64,000 bases of DNA from Octopus sinensis (GCF_006345805.1 NC_043001.1:7936001-8000000), one strand, 5' to 3'. Positions 13,871 to 26,498 are shown, counted from the stretch's first letter. The notes: generated by a model not told the origin, from the letters alone. Numbers and translations: made by a program.

Positions 13871-15486
13871 ATATATATATATATTTATATATATATAAGT
13901 GTGTGTTTATGTTTATGCATGTATGCATGTATTCATATTCATCTAATACTGATTGATTATACCCTGGCTACTTAACATTCCCGCTAACAATGTCACCTAA
14001 AGAAATGCCCGATCTCTTACGCACACACAAAATTATGTGGATACATACAGCATCTGAGCTCGTTCCACCGTCAGGTATCCATGCATAGCAACAGCATATG
14101 TGTTTGTGCGCTCTTATGTATGTGCATGCGTATATGAGTGAGTGATTATTTATATAACCAATATCTATTATATATTTATTTAAATATGAATTATATATTG
14201 CCACAGTGCCATTAGCATCAGACTACTTTAAATCAGAAGTTTTGCTCCACGTGACTATGTAACGATGTATTTATCATTATATTTTATTACTTACATGTCC
14301 ATAGTTAATAACTATTCATTATTGAACTGTATTAACGAGACGAAAGGAACCCGAAGGGAATACAGCATATGGGGTTTAACATAAAAACTAACAGATGTAC
14401 CTAAATACATCTTAGGTTATACTAAGAAGCCTTCCATTATAAATAACGTTTTCCAGGATACCGATTCAATTACGTGTTTATCGCATTTTTAAGGCATTTC
14501 ATTCTTTATCCAATTTTAACTCATATTAGTGAATAATGTAATTAAAAATAAATGTGTTATCTCCCTCTTCTTCACTTGCAATTTTGTTATTTTTTTATTT
14601 CATTATATTAAATGAAAAAATAGAGAAATTCATAAAAAAATCAGTTATGATTATTCTAATCTGTTTGAGGTTTACAAAATCGATGACAAAGTGTATAGAG
14701 CATGCATAATAAATGAAACAGAACTTAATCAGTGGAATATTTCTCATCATTTATTCCATAGCGTTATATTTCATATTATAATTAATCTTCATTTATTAAT
14801 GATCAAAACCATCTGTTTGAAGAGGCACGTTTTAATTTCTCTTACAAACGCGTTCATATGTACACACACACACACATGCAAGCAAGCACAATCGCACAAA
14901 CACATATACAGCATACATATATGTGGATATATACGCATCAGTATATGTATCCATCGGAACACACACAAGTATTTGTGTCTGTATGTGTGTTGAAGATCCA
15001 TGTTAGTGTCATAAGGATAGATGAATAAAGGAAACAGTGAAATAAATATTGTATTTACTGCTCTTAATTAAATCATATATAAATGAATTGACCGATATTT
15101 TAAGTCAATTATACATAGCAAATATATAAGAAATGATTTTGAAAAAATTTCATTAACTTTAATATTTAATTTCTACTGCAATTTAATTGCTTTTTCGTAA
15201 TTTCCTATTAGTCCGTAACTTATAATTAACAGTGAAAGGTGCACTTCGGTATAATTATATTTTTAGTTACAATAATAATATTTATTGTATTATACATAAT
15301 TGTAATTTTATTTCATATGAAAAGAAATTATAATATTAGTTTTGGAATCAAATTAAGTTTTAAACAATTGCCTCCCTTGATTCTAGGATTCAAAGAGCTG
15401 TCTATGCTTGTCGTTTTACAGGCATCCCAAAATTTGATGTATGCATACATACGCACATGCATACATATATTCACACACACACACAC

Positions 15487-15534
<48 letters not shown>

Positions 15535-15607
15535 TCGCACACATATATATATATAAATACACACGCACATAGACACAGACATGTATGTATATATATATAT
15601 ATAATAT

Positions 15608-15677
<70 letters not shown>

Positions 15678-15754
15678 CATATATACATATATCTATATAT
15701 ATGTATACATATATACATATATATTATATATTTATATGTATATATGTATATGTC

Positions 15755-16022
15755 TGTGTGGAGCGAGACCTCCACCATGATCCTTCCGATTTCCTTTGTC
15801 TGGAGTGTTTAACATCACCACTCCTGTATGTGACACTCTTCCAGTTGTTGACCCATTTGGTGCATGAGGGGAATTTGTTTCAGTTACCCTCATCTGCTCC
15901 TTATGTCGGGTTTTTGTTTCAGGTGATGAGGATGTCTAGTTTCCTTTTGAAGATAACTACTACCACCTGATATAGATTTCTTAGGTGACAAAGAATTGAA
16001 GAGCTGTGGGCTTCTGAACACT
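15755..16022 (-). mobile_element. CR1/L2-clade LINE 3' end fragment
   Basis: Frameshifted FRSPQLFN...LRNLYQVVVVIFKRKLDIL...QMRVTETNS aligns with FQGPQLFN...LRDLQGVDADVFKTKLDLF...QMRAAASNS of the 32533-33455 element. Confidence 0.7.
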
Positions 16023-16664
16023 AAACTATTTACAGTGCCTGTTCCTGAATTTCGATGGCGTCGATGGTAGCTTTGGTATAATAAAAGGGCTTCTAGTTCA
16101 ATGCCGATATGAGGTACTGGACCTTCTAGAATTTAACATATTTATAGTATTACATATTTCTCACGTATTCGCTACAGAGAGTAAAGCTATACATATATAT
16201 TTACATATATATACATCAAAGCTTATCAAAATTTCAAACTTGTACTGAATTGGATATTTTTATAATTGTACAGTTCTTCATATAGTAATAATTAGTTGTT
16301 GAAAATGAGCGACACGTGTTTCTGATGCACATTATATGTACACTAGCTTATGAAACCCAGCATTATTTTATGTGCACCTTCATTCAGTATCTTTTAACAA
16401 GCGGGCTTCGACATCTACACTCCTGATGATATTCATAATCAAGATCTCTGAAGCTAGATTTATCGATTCGAGGAATTACAGCGGGATTTCTAACGCTAAT
16501 TGATTATTATATTGACGCATATTACTGCTTGATACGGTTAGACGTATACGGGATTACACCTGGTGAGGGCTACCACTGTAACCGCTTAGATAATTTATTC
16601 CTATATTCTTATATACTCTCCTTATATATATACATATGCTTATATCTATCTATCTATATATATA

Positions 16665-16736
<72 letters not shown>

Positions 16737-16742
16737 AGAGAG

Positions 16743-16795
<53 letters not shown>

Positions 16796-17303
16796 CGATG
16801 TTAAAGCGTAACCTATGGCCTTTCGTTGTATGGAATCTCAGTGTTTACCACCCGATGGGTAGATCCTAGTTTTACATCTTGGATAACAAACAGTTTTCTG
16901 AATTGATATCCAAGAGAATAAAAAGAAATCCGGATAAAATTACGTCTACACCACTTTCATTCTTACAGAGAACTATACACCGCCTTTGAATTAATTCTTC
17001 TCCGACATATTTCTTTCTTCCATTCATGTCTCCCAATGTGGTTTACAGTTGCATCCAGGTTATGCTTCTGGTTAAGCCTGTCTGGAGCTTTTATCAAAGT
17101 GCTGCTACTATTATTGTTTGATGTGAACTGAAGTTGAATTATTTAGATAGTACTAGATTTGGTAGGAGACGATTGATTTTGAGAGAAGAGAATGAGAAAA
17201 TAACATACAGAGACGTGATACGGCAATAAGATCGGTCGTCATATTCACTTTATGATGACACTAAAGTTTAAAATTCAAATCATGATTTTTTAAAATTATT
17301 TTT

Positions 17304-17565
17304 ATGCGCCCTTTTAAAGCCTAGCCAAGCTCATGGGCCCGGTTTCTCTAGCGTATATGTTCCCCCAGCTGGACGGGACGCCAGTCCATCCCAGCGTCAC
17401 TCAAGAAACAGGAAGAAAGAGTGAGAGAAATTTGGGGTGAACGGAGCCTCGCGGAGCTTTAGGTGTTTTCGATCAATAAACACACACAACGCCCGGTCTG
17501 GAAATCGAAACCGCAATCTTCTGACCGCGAGTCTGCTACCTTAAACACTGGGCCATTGCGCTTCC
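17304..17565 (-). mobile_element. tRNA-derived SINE (head A, tail alpha-like)
   Basis: rc of ggaagcgcaatggcccagtg...gcagactcgcggtc...gtttcgatttccagaccgggcgttg. Confidence 0.85.
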
Positions 17566-17894
17566 TTAAAATTCTAATCATAAATGCTATATTCTTAATA
17601 AAGACAGAATACAGATCAACCAGTAGCCTTAAGCGAAATACAACGGGAAAAATATCGATGATAGATGTGTACACATACGGGTTAGTAAATCAAATAATTT
17701 AGAAGCATAGCATTTACGTCTGAAGTGAAATTCGAAAATTTAGCTATACACACCATCCTGAAATTTACATGTAGAGAACATTCTCCTAGGCATAGAATAA
17801 ATTATTCGGTTTGTGAAGAATTTACGAAAAACAGTTGCAAGAGAATGATATCGGCAAACTAGATACTGCACTAATCATTACTATATAAACTCTG

Positions 17895-18006
17895 GGTTTA
17901 AGTCCCCGTAACGTAGCGGTTCGGCATAAGATACAAAAAGAATAAGTACCAGGTTTACAAAGAATAAGTCCTAGGGTCGATTTGATCGAATAAAGGCGGT
18001 GCTCCC
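17895..18006 (+). mobile_element. SINE family B 3' fragment
   Basis: gtccccgtaacgtagcggttcggc...aagaataagtcctagggtcgatttg...aaaggcggtgctcc matches the 3' half of 34741. Confidence 0.75.
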
Positions 18007-20547
18007 TGAAAAATGTAAATGAATAAAATAATATTATATTTTTAAAATACATACATAAAGCATGACAGGAATATCTATTTTTTGGGACTACTTAATATTT
18101 ATTTCGGTCTACATTGAACGACACAAATAAGTGAATGAAATGATTCCTGCGGCAAAAGAACTTCCTCGTAAAATTCCTAAACATTCCTTTTACATCTTGG
18201 GGAATGAGTAGGGGAAAATCCACAGTCTGATAGGAAATATGTAGCACTTCCACCTATAAATGGTCATTTTGTTTCTGAAGAATGGATATTTTATAGATGC
18301 CTATTAACAGTTCCATACGCTATCGAATTGCTAAAGTATACGGATAGTGTGTTTATAGAAATGTTTTTAAATCGCCTGAATTGCCGAATATACATTTCAT
18401 AAGTATTGTTGGTCTATTTTCATTATTAGTTCATAATGTTTTAGATGATGTAAACCACTCGTGTCTTTCGTAAGTATTGCAACACGATTGGATGATATTG
18501 CACACGTCATTCAGTAGGATATTTCCTGAGAAACCACTAAGGATTGCAATAGGCATTCTGTGATTCCAATCAGTATAACCGTAACAAAGAATACTTCAAG
18601 TTGACGAGTAAACATTAGCAGGTAATCGATCATGTGTGAGTGGAGATTCCTTGATTATTTTGCTACTAACATCAAGACTGAAGTGAACCTATGGATAGCA
18701 GCATATTGCGCCACTTCCTGGAATTACAACCATTTTGCCAGCTATATAAAATACTTAGTTGCTATTCATAAATAGATTTTCTTTGCTAGAATATCACAGA
18801 ATAATTTGCAAATTTCAGTATAATTTCATCAGAAATTAGTTTGAGGTCGAATATAATTGATTGTATTTTTGTCGATCCTTGTTGGCCAGGGGCTAAACTA
18901 TAATACTTATTTACTAAATTGTATATCATTATCTACCACATTCAACATGTCCATCTTTTAAATTAACACTCCGACGGAAATTCACACAACCAAACATACT
19001 AAAGAAATATTAAACATATATTAGTTTGAGATATTCATATCATAGTGCAGGAACATATGCGAATTACTATATATAGCATAATGGCAGCCATTATTCATAA
19101 AATTATTCCCCACAACATTAAATGAAAAGCTTAATATAAAATTAAATTATTCATTATGTGGAATATTTTATGATTCATGAAACATCCAAATATTAAATTA
19201 GCAGTTTCTATATTTGTGTTTGCTCTATACAGAAGTCAAAATAGTTGTTTAAATTCTGCCGCTTATGATGGGAAGTAAAACTTAAGAATGGAACATATAC
19301 ATAACATGAAAAGAAACTGTATGTAATGTAAATAGATAGTAAATGACATTCAAATTTCTTAAATGTTTTGCATCATGCATGTAACATGTATTTACGAGGT
19401 TATTTCCTTTTGAACTGGAAACACCTTATTTATGAAATAAGCGAAATATAAACAAATTTATTCATTGCAATAAATTTGTATTAATACAAATACAAACGCC
19501 CAAAGCTATCTGACATGTCTCTAGGCAACATATATGATGAGAGATGCATACATAAGCAAGATTTGGTAGGGAAAATGTGCCGTGTGTTTATGTACGCATA
19601 AATGTATATATGCATGAATAAATGTTAGATATTTAATCAAATTCACGAAACTATTTATTCTGTGAGATATTAAAACACGAAATTTATGCTGAGCTACAAT
19701 ATTGACAGGTGAATTAAAACCAGTTCTCGGTTTCTTTCATACATTATTATTTACAAATATCTTTCCTTCAATGAACTTTAGCATAGTTTCGTTTATAATT
19801 TCACATTTACTGGCAAAACAAACATTGGAAGCGCTATGTCTTGGATAGAAAATCTCCCCGAGATATTCATATATGTTTACACAAAGACACGCACACACAT
19901 GTGTCTAAGTGGAAATATATTTATACACATACGTGTGTGTGTTTGGGTACATGTGTGTATGTGTGTGTGCACGCGCAAGTGCATGTATATACACATATAA
20001 ACAAATATTTCTGAGCGATTTGTGTTTGAAAAGTGAGAATTAATATTTCTTAAAATTGTTGAGGGTATGCAGGGAAGTTAATGATGAAAAATACGAAATA
20101 TTATATTTTGAAATGCATGAATATTTGCTTATGTAAGAACAGATCAAACACGTACACTCTCTCACGCACGCAGGGATTTAAACGCGCATATATATATACA
20201 TACATACATACATGAATACATACGTTCGCCAATATATATATATAAATTTGAGCGCTACAAAATGTATTCTATATTGAGATTTTCTCCCTTTCTATATATA
20301 TTCTGCATCTCTCTATTCTCTCTTCCTCTATTCTATCTCTCTCTTCTTTCTCTCTTTTTCTCTCTGTCTATGAATGTGCGTGTGTGTATATATGCTCACA
20401 TATATACCCGAGTGTGTGTGTTTGAACGTATATGTATATACGTATATATACGCAGTCACACATATATACACACATATCTATATGTCAACATACATATTTT
20501 CATAGAGACAAGAATACATGTATATATATATATAAAGGATATACATA

Positions 20548-20598
<51 letters not shown>

Positions 20599-20616
20599 TA
20601 TATATATAAGGATATA

Positions 20617-20662
<46 letters not shown>

Positions 20663-20677
20663 ATGTATATATATATG

Positions 20678-20709
<32 letters not shown>

Positions 20710-21374
20710 TATTTATATGTATATATATAGAGAATAATATATTCATGTGTACATTCTTGAGTGAAAGCTTTAAATATGTGTGTAAATGTGTGTCTTTGCA
20801 TGTGTGCGTTTGCGTGCACGATTTCGTGTGTTTGTGTATATGTAACTATTTGCAAGTATATCTTAGTGTATTCGAATCCGATTGTTGTAGAAGACAACCT
20901 AACTTAATAATTTTGTATATGTAAATGTCATTACAAACATTGATAGTTATTTTGGTGCAGTAAATTTAAATTTTACAAATCTGCTATCATTTTTATCTCC
21001 TTAAAGTTAATTATATCCATGTATTATTCAGATTGGACAGGAATTAATCGGTGCAGGGCAATGCTTTCTTTTTATCTAATATGACTTTCACTCCATTGTA
21101 ATGTTTATTCTGCAGATTCTCTCGACCAAATCTCTAAAGTACATTTCGAACTTGAAGTTAATGGATTGTGAGAGGAATTTCTCGAGCAATTATCTACCAA
21201 CAATTTGCTCTTATATATACGTACTTACTACAGTAAATACGGATTTGTCATTCCACTTTCGCATAGATCCACAAATACAGACTGAATACACGACGTGTTA
21301 TCAAAGTGATACTTGGCGTGATCAACGAACGTATTGAACTGTCGGCTATAGACGGCAGATCCAATCGTATTATT

Positions 21375-21761
21375 GTGGAAACACTCCGTCGGTTACGACG
21401 ATGAGGGTTCCGGTTGATCCGAATCAAGGGAACAGCCTGCTCGTGAAATTGATGTGTAAGTGGCTGAGCACTCCACAGACACGTGCACACTTAACGTAGT
21501 TCTCGGGGATATTCAGCGTGACGCAGAGAGTGACAAGGTCGGCCCCTTGAAATACAGGTACAACAGAAACAGGAAGTAAGAGTGAGAGAAAGTTGTGGTG
21601 AAAGAATACAGCAGGTATTACTACCATCCCCTGCCGGAGCCTCGTGGAGCTTTTTAGGTGTTTTCGCTCAATAAACACTCACAACGCCCGGTCTGGAATC
21701 GAAACCACGATCCTATGACCGCGAGTCCGCTGCCCTAACCACTGGGCCATTGCGCCTCCAT
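21375..21761 (-). mobile_element. Full-length tRNA-derived SINE (head A, tail beta) with 12-bp TSD
   Basis: TSD aatcgtattatt at 21363-21374 and 21762-21773; intact A and B boxes on the minus strand. Confidence 0.95.
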
Positions 21762-21966
21762 AATCGTATTATTTGGTGAAGTGTAAAACAAAGGCATTGA
21801 TGTGTTGCTATTTCAGATGTGTTCTTTATTGATGAACAAAAGTGATACAGGTCTAGTTACATTGATATGGGTATGGGGTGCATACGTATATAGAGGGAAA
21901 TGCAAATATGCGCGTATCTGAGTATGTGTGAGTGTGAGTGTTTGTATGAACATATGTATGTATGTA

Positions 21967-22029
<63 letters not shown>

Positions 22030-22032
22030 ATT

Positions 22033-22241
22033 GTTAATCCAAACATGAAAACTCAAAGAGAAAAAACGAAACAACGCGAGAACGTGGAACAAGTATAGTG
22101 TTATTGGACGCTCAAGAAAGGAAATAAAAGTTGGAATTAATGTTTCGAGCGGAGCTCTTCGTCAGAAACATGGGAAAAGGGAAGATCCAAGGAAGGGAAG
22201 ACGGAGGCGAAAAAATCGCCAACGATACACACGCGGTCACA
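22033..22241 (-). mobile_element. Short Penelope-like repeat next to (TA)n (family P3)
   Basis: Reverse-complement homologue of 59543-59739; contains a minimal HHR motif. Confidence 0.7.
22135..22169 (-). ncRNA. Minimal type I hammerhead motif (family P3)
   Basis: Minus strand GUUU-CUGACGA-A-GAGC(UCC)GCUC-GAAA-CA-UU-AAUU: intact core and stem II. The AACGUU palindrome seen in the 59614 copy is broken (G>A) and stem I is weak. Confidence 0.65.
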
Positions 22242-22575
22242 TTTTGAATATATATATACAGATATAAATATATAAACACATACACACACCTATATACATA
22301 TATATATACACTTGGCTTTGTTGTCTCATTTTATTTCATATATATATGCACACACTGCACCCACGTTTGATTCCTCTCTCGTATCACAATGGAACCGAGA
22401 GTGTAGCTACGGTCCTTCCGTAGCACTTACATAGCCTTACCTGCCATCCTGTGTCTAGTAAATACCACTTATATATAGGAAAGAGGATTTGAAAATGCAG
22501 AGATCATTTAAACCGGTTTATTGACTTTAAATAACACGTCGGAAACAACCGTAGAGTACTGCAATCAATCTACGT

Positions 22576-22605
<30 letters not shown>

Positions 22606-22610
<5 letters not shown>

Positions 22611-23252
22611 TCAATTTAGGGTAGCAAAAATTCAGTAAAAATTTATCGCTACCAGCGGCCTAATGGAAAAGAGAAAATAGTCAAAGACTAAATATGTATA
22701 AATATAACAATTTAGGAATGGCCTAAACAGGCCATTCGTGGACGAATGGCCTGTTTAGGCCATTCCTAAATTGTTATATTTATACATATTTAGTCTTTGA
22801 CTATTTTCTCTTTTCCATTAGGCCGCTGGTAGCGATAAATTTTTACTGAATTTTTTGCTACCCTAAATTGATTAATTGATAATTTTCTGACTAATTCTGA
22901 GATTGAATCGGCAGTTATATTTGCTGCCGATACGTTTGGCGCGAATGCGTTGGTCTTGAAATTTTAAGACAGATATTCCCGAGGCATTGATACAGTCGCC
23001 TCGTGTATATCCGTCTCTCCCAGGTTTCTTTTACTGATGAAGTGTGACCTATGGTAGACTAGCTTAATTTAATTTAATTAAGCTGGTCTATCATTAAAGA
23101 CACTGAAACGATGCATCGTATAAAAGATGAATTAGGGTAAATGTTTTTAATTTTCACCTTATTTCCGAATTACACTACTTGGCGGTTGGAGTTATGGCTG
23201 CTCTTTCTGGTGGACGAATGGCCTGTTTAGGCCATTCCTAAATTGTTATATT

Positions 23253-23256
<4 letters not shown>
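22606..23256 (+). mobile_element. Non-coding HHR retroelement, copy 1: inverted 134-bp head + 472-nt unit + 47-nt terminal redundancy
   Basis: 22606-22739 is the rc of 22742-22876 (one homopolymer indel); 22738-22784 recurs at 23210-23256; flanked by (TA)n; no ORF. Confidence 0.85.
23019..23137 (+). ncRNA. Type I hammerhead ribozyme with extended stem II (copy 1)
   Basis: Stem I UCUUUUA (23027-33)/UAAAAGA (23121-27); CUGAUGA 23034-40; stem II AGUGU/ACACU, 5x5 internal loop, 19-bp helix with two G-U pairs; GAAA 23105-08; stem III CGAUGCAUCG; GUA cleavage triplet, predicted cut after 23120. Confidence 0.9.
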
Positions 23257-23335
<79 letters not shown>

Positions 23336-23383
23336 TTGTATATATATACATATATATATATATAATATATATATTATATATAT

Positions 23384-24036
23384 ATTAATCAATTTAGGGT
23401 AGCAAAAAATTCAGTAAAAATTTATCGCTACCAGCGGCCTAATGGAAAAGAGAAAATAGTCAAAGACTAAATATGTATAAATATAACAATTTAGGAATGG
23501 CCTAAACAGGCCATTCGTGGACGAATGGCCTGTTTAGGCCATTCCTAAATTGTTATATTTATACATATTTAGTCTTTGACTATTTTCTCTTTTCCATTAG
23601 GCCGCTGGTAGCGATAAATTTTTACTGAATTTTTTGCTACCCTAAATTGATTAATTGATAATTTTCTGACTAATTCTGAGATTGAATCGGCAGTTTATAT
23701 TTGCTGCCGATACGTTTGGCGCGAATGCGTTGGTCTTGAAATTTTAAGACAGATATTCCCGAGGCATTGATACAGTCGCCTCGTGTATATCCGTCTCTCC
23801 CAGGTTTCTTTTACTGATGAAGTGTGACCTATGGTAGACTAGCTTAATTTAATTTAATTAAGCTGGTCTATCATTAAAGACACTGAAACGATGCATCGTA
23901 TAAAAGATGAATTAGGGTAAATGTTTTTAAATTTTCACCTTATTTCCGAATTACACTACTTGGCGGTTGGAGTTATGGCTGCTCTTTCTGGTGGACGAAT
24001 GGCCTGTTTAGGCCATTCCTAAATGTTATATTTATA
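23384..24036 (+). mobile_element. Non-coding HHR retroelement, copy 2 (tandem duplicate)
   Basis: Near-identical to 22606-23256; perfect 135-bp arms 23384-23518 / 23521-23655 with a GG loop. Confidence 0.85.
23799..23917 (+). ncRNA. Type I hammerhead ribozyme with extended stem II (copy 2)
   Basis: Identical to copy 1 at +780; predicted cut after 23900. Confidence 0.9.
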
Positions 24037-24052
24037 TATATATATATATATC

Positions 24053-24093
<41 letters not shown>

Positions 24094-24134
24094 TTGTATA
24101 TATATACATATATATATATATAAGTGTGTATATA

Positions 24135-24177
<43 letters not shown>

Positions 24178-24178
<1 letters not shown>

Positions 24179-24511
24179 GATATGGGACCCCCTTCGGTCA
24201 CGACACTGACCATGGGATTGCACCTAGAAAGTTACCTTCCTAAGCACAAGTCCGGGCAACGTTGTTTATGGAAGACAACCATACCGGCCTCCCCTCTCCA
24301 CGCCATCAGAGTTATCCAAGGGAAAGGCAAAGGGGCCGATACAGCTTGGCACCTGTGACGTCGCAACTCATTTCTACAGTTGAGTTAACTGGAGCAACGG
24401 GAAATAAAGTCTCTTGCTCAAGAACACAACACGCAGCCCGGTCCATGATTCGAGATCACAACTTCACGATCGTAAGCTCGACGCTCTAACCCCTGAGCCA
24501 TGCGCCTTCAC
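24178..24511 (-). mobile_element. SINE (head 2, CORE-like, tail delta)
   Basis: rc of gtgaaggcgcatggctcagggg...cttgagcaagagactttatttc; distinct 3' tail ending gaccgaagggggtccc. Confidence 0.85.
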
Positions 24512-24551
24512 TACATACATATATTTAGATAGATACATGTATATATATATA

Positions 24552-24671
24552 TCACCGTGATCACCATGACCGACCAGGCTATCAGATGTTGCTACACATC
24601 GCTGGTCACAATGCGTCTTGGCATTGTTTTAGCCTTCGAATGATGCCACCCCGCTGGCTAAGCGAGCAGGC

Positions 24672-24675
<4 letters not shown>
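24552..24675 (-). mobile_element. SINE tail-gamma fragment
   Basis: rc matches 46755-46875. Confidence 0.85.
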
Positions 24676-24712
<37 letters not shown>

Positions 24713-24714
<2 letters not shown>

Positions 24715-25031
24715 GACTCCGCCGGTTACGACGACGAGGGTCCCACCTGATACGATCAACGGAACAGCTTGCTCGTGAAATTAACGTGCAAATGGCTGAG
24801 CATTCCACAGACACGTTTACCCTTAACGTAGTTCTCAGGGATAATCAGCGTGACACAGAGAGTGACAAGGCTGCCCCTTTGAAATACAAGTACAACTCAT
24901 TTTTGCCAGCTGTGTGGACTGGAGCAACGTGAAATAAAGTGTCTTGCTCAAGGATACAACGCGTCGGCGGGAATCGGACTCACAACCTTACGATCATGAG
25001 CCGAATGCCCTAACCACTAAGCCACGCGCCC

Positions 25032-25035
<4 letters not shown>
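24713..25035 (-). mobile_element. SINE (head 2, tail beta)
   Basis: Head shared with 24178; tail shared with 21375. Confidence 0.9.
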
Positions 25036-25082
<47 letters not shown>

Positions 25083-26302
25083 TATATACACGAAGAAAGA
25101 GGGAGAAGAGAGAGTAGAAGCAATAGATAGATAGATAGATAGATAGATAGATGTACAATGAGAATCTACGCATATTTTTTATATATAGACAAAAATATAT
25201 CTACAAATTTCTACGAATGCACACATTCACAATATATTACACACATACCAACTCGTACGTCCATGCACTAATATGTATAATATCTATTTTACGCTCCAAA
25301 AATTATGTGAGTGATGTCTGTGGATGTTAAACCTCTAGCAACATTCTTGTCCAATAATTTACAATCTAAATTTTATCTGAAATGCTATTTCAGGCTCTCA
25401 GAATGGTGGACATAAAATATCTTTTTTAATCTCAGTCGACAAAGGTTAAAACAAATGTGATTCACAATGACACGAATCAAGATTAAATTCCCTGCTCCAC
25501 AGGTATTTTTAAACGTAATAGAAACAGTTTGAGTTTTCTTCATGTCGTACCATGGTCATATAAATAGACATTCAGTAAACTAACCGATTAAGATAAAATT
25601 GCCTCAATAAAACCATTTATAAAATTTCATTTCAGATAATCAAATATTTACTTCTTTATCTGTCAAAACAGAATATATACGTTATTTATATAGAAATCAA
25701 TATTTGTGCAACTTACATATATACTTAATAGTATTATTTCTGATAGTTTAGTTTGTTTTGCATACAGTTGTGAAGTAGAAAATATTGCAATAAGATTTAA
25801 CCTACAAAATCTTCAATGCTGTCTTCGAATTATTGTTGGACACATAGTGAACTGTTTCTTAAAAACTGATCAATAAGAAATATACACGATATTGTCGGCT
25901 GGGAGGCGTATTTATTTAGCGTACTGGTGGTATTTTTATCATTTATCTTAACAACAGCAACTATAAATGGATGTTTGGCACAAAGTTTAACGAAGTCTAT
26001 TTCATTGTCGCCAACTTCGAAACACTCTATAAAAACAAGATACGGCGCAATGACCACCATTGTCACACAATATAAAAAGAATAATATCAACACAGAGCCC
26101 TATTAATTTGCTGAAACTCTAAAAAGTTGCCACTGCATGCATAGTACCATATATGAGTAGTGATATACAAAGGCGAGGTTGCCCACAAGGCTTCCTTCGA
26201 TATCAGCACGCAACGTGAAATAAATTTCAATTGAACAAAAAAATTAATTAACTGCGCCGCTGCTTTCACACAAATCTAACGAGAAGTGTTGCATAGGTGA
26301 AC

Positions 26303-26498
26303 GTGAAAGCGCATGCCTTAGTGAACAGAATTCAGCTGAAGTTTGTGAGTTCGACTAACTGAAAGGGCCAGACTCCTGCGTCACACTGAATCTCCCCGAG
26401 ACCTACGTTACATGTACTCATGTTTGTGGAGTGCTCAACTGCTTGCATATTATTTTCACGAGCAGGCTGTTAGATAGATAGATCAACGGGAACTCTTA
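26303..26498 (+). mobile_element. Degenerate SINE (tail beta)
   Basis: ctgcgtcacactgaatctccccgagacctacgtt...ttcacgagcaggctgtt matches tail beta. Confidence 0.7.

Noticed and set aside
18785-18840. Minus-strand CTGATGA-aattatact-GAAA-tttgcaaa-TT
   Set aside because: Core words and a palindrome are present, but stems I and II barely pair; likely chance in AT-rich DNA.
22402-22425. GCTACGG-TCCTT-CCGTAGC hairpin sharing GTCC(G)TTCCGTAGCA with the end of the LTR-like element
   Set aside because: Only ~14 nt of similarity; too short to call homology.
25830-26269. Non-repetitive ORFs with hydrophobic stretches on both strands
   Set aside because: No recognisable family and no consistent splice sites; the TRYG esterase-like word is not followed by the expected context.
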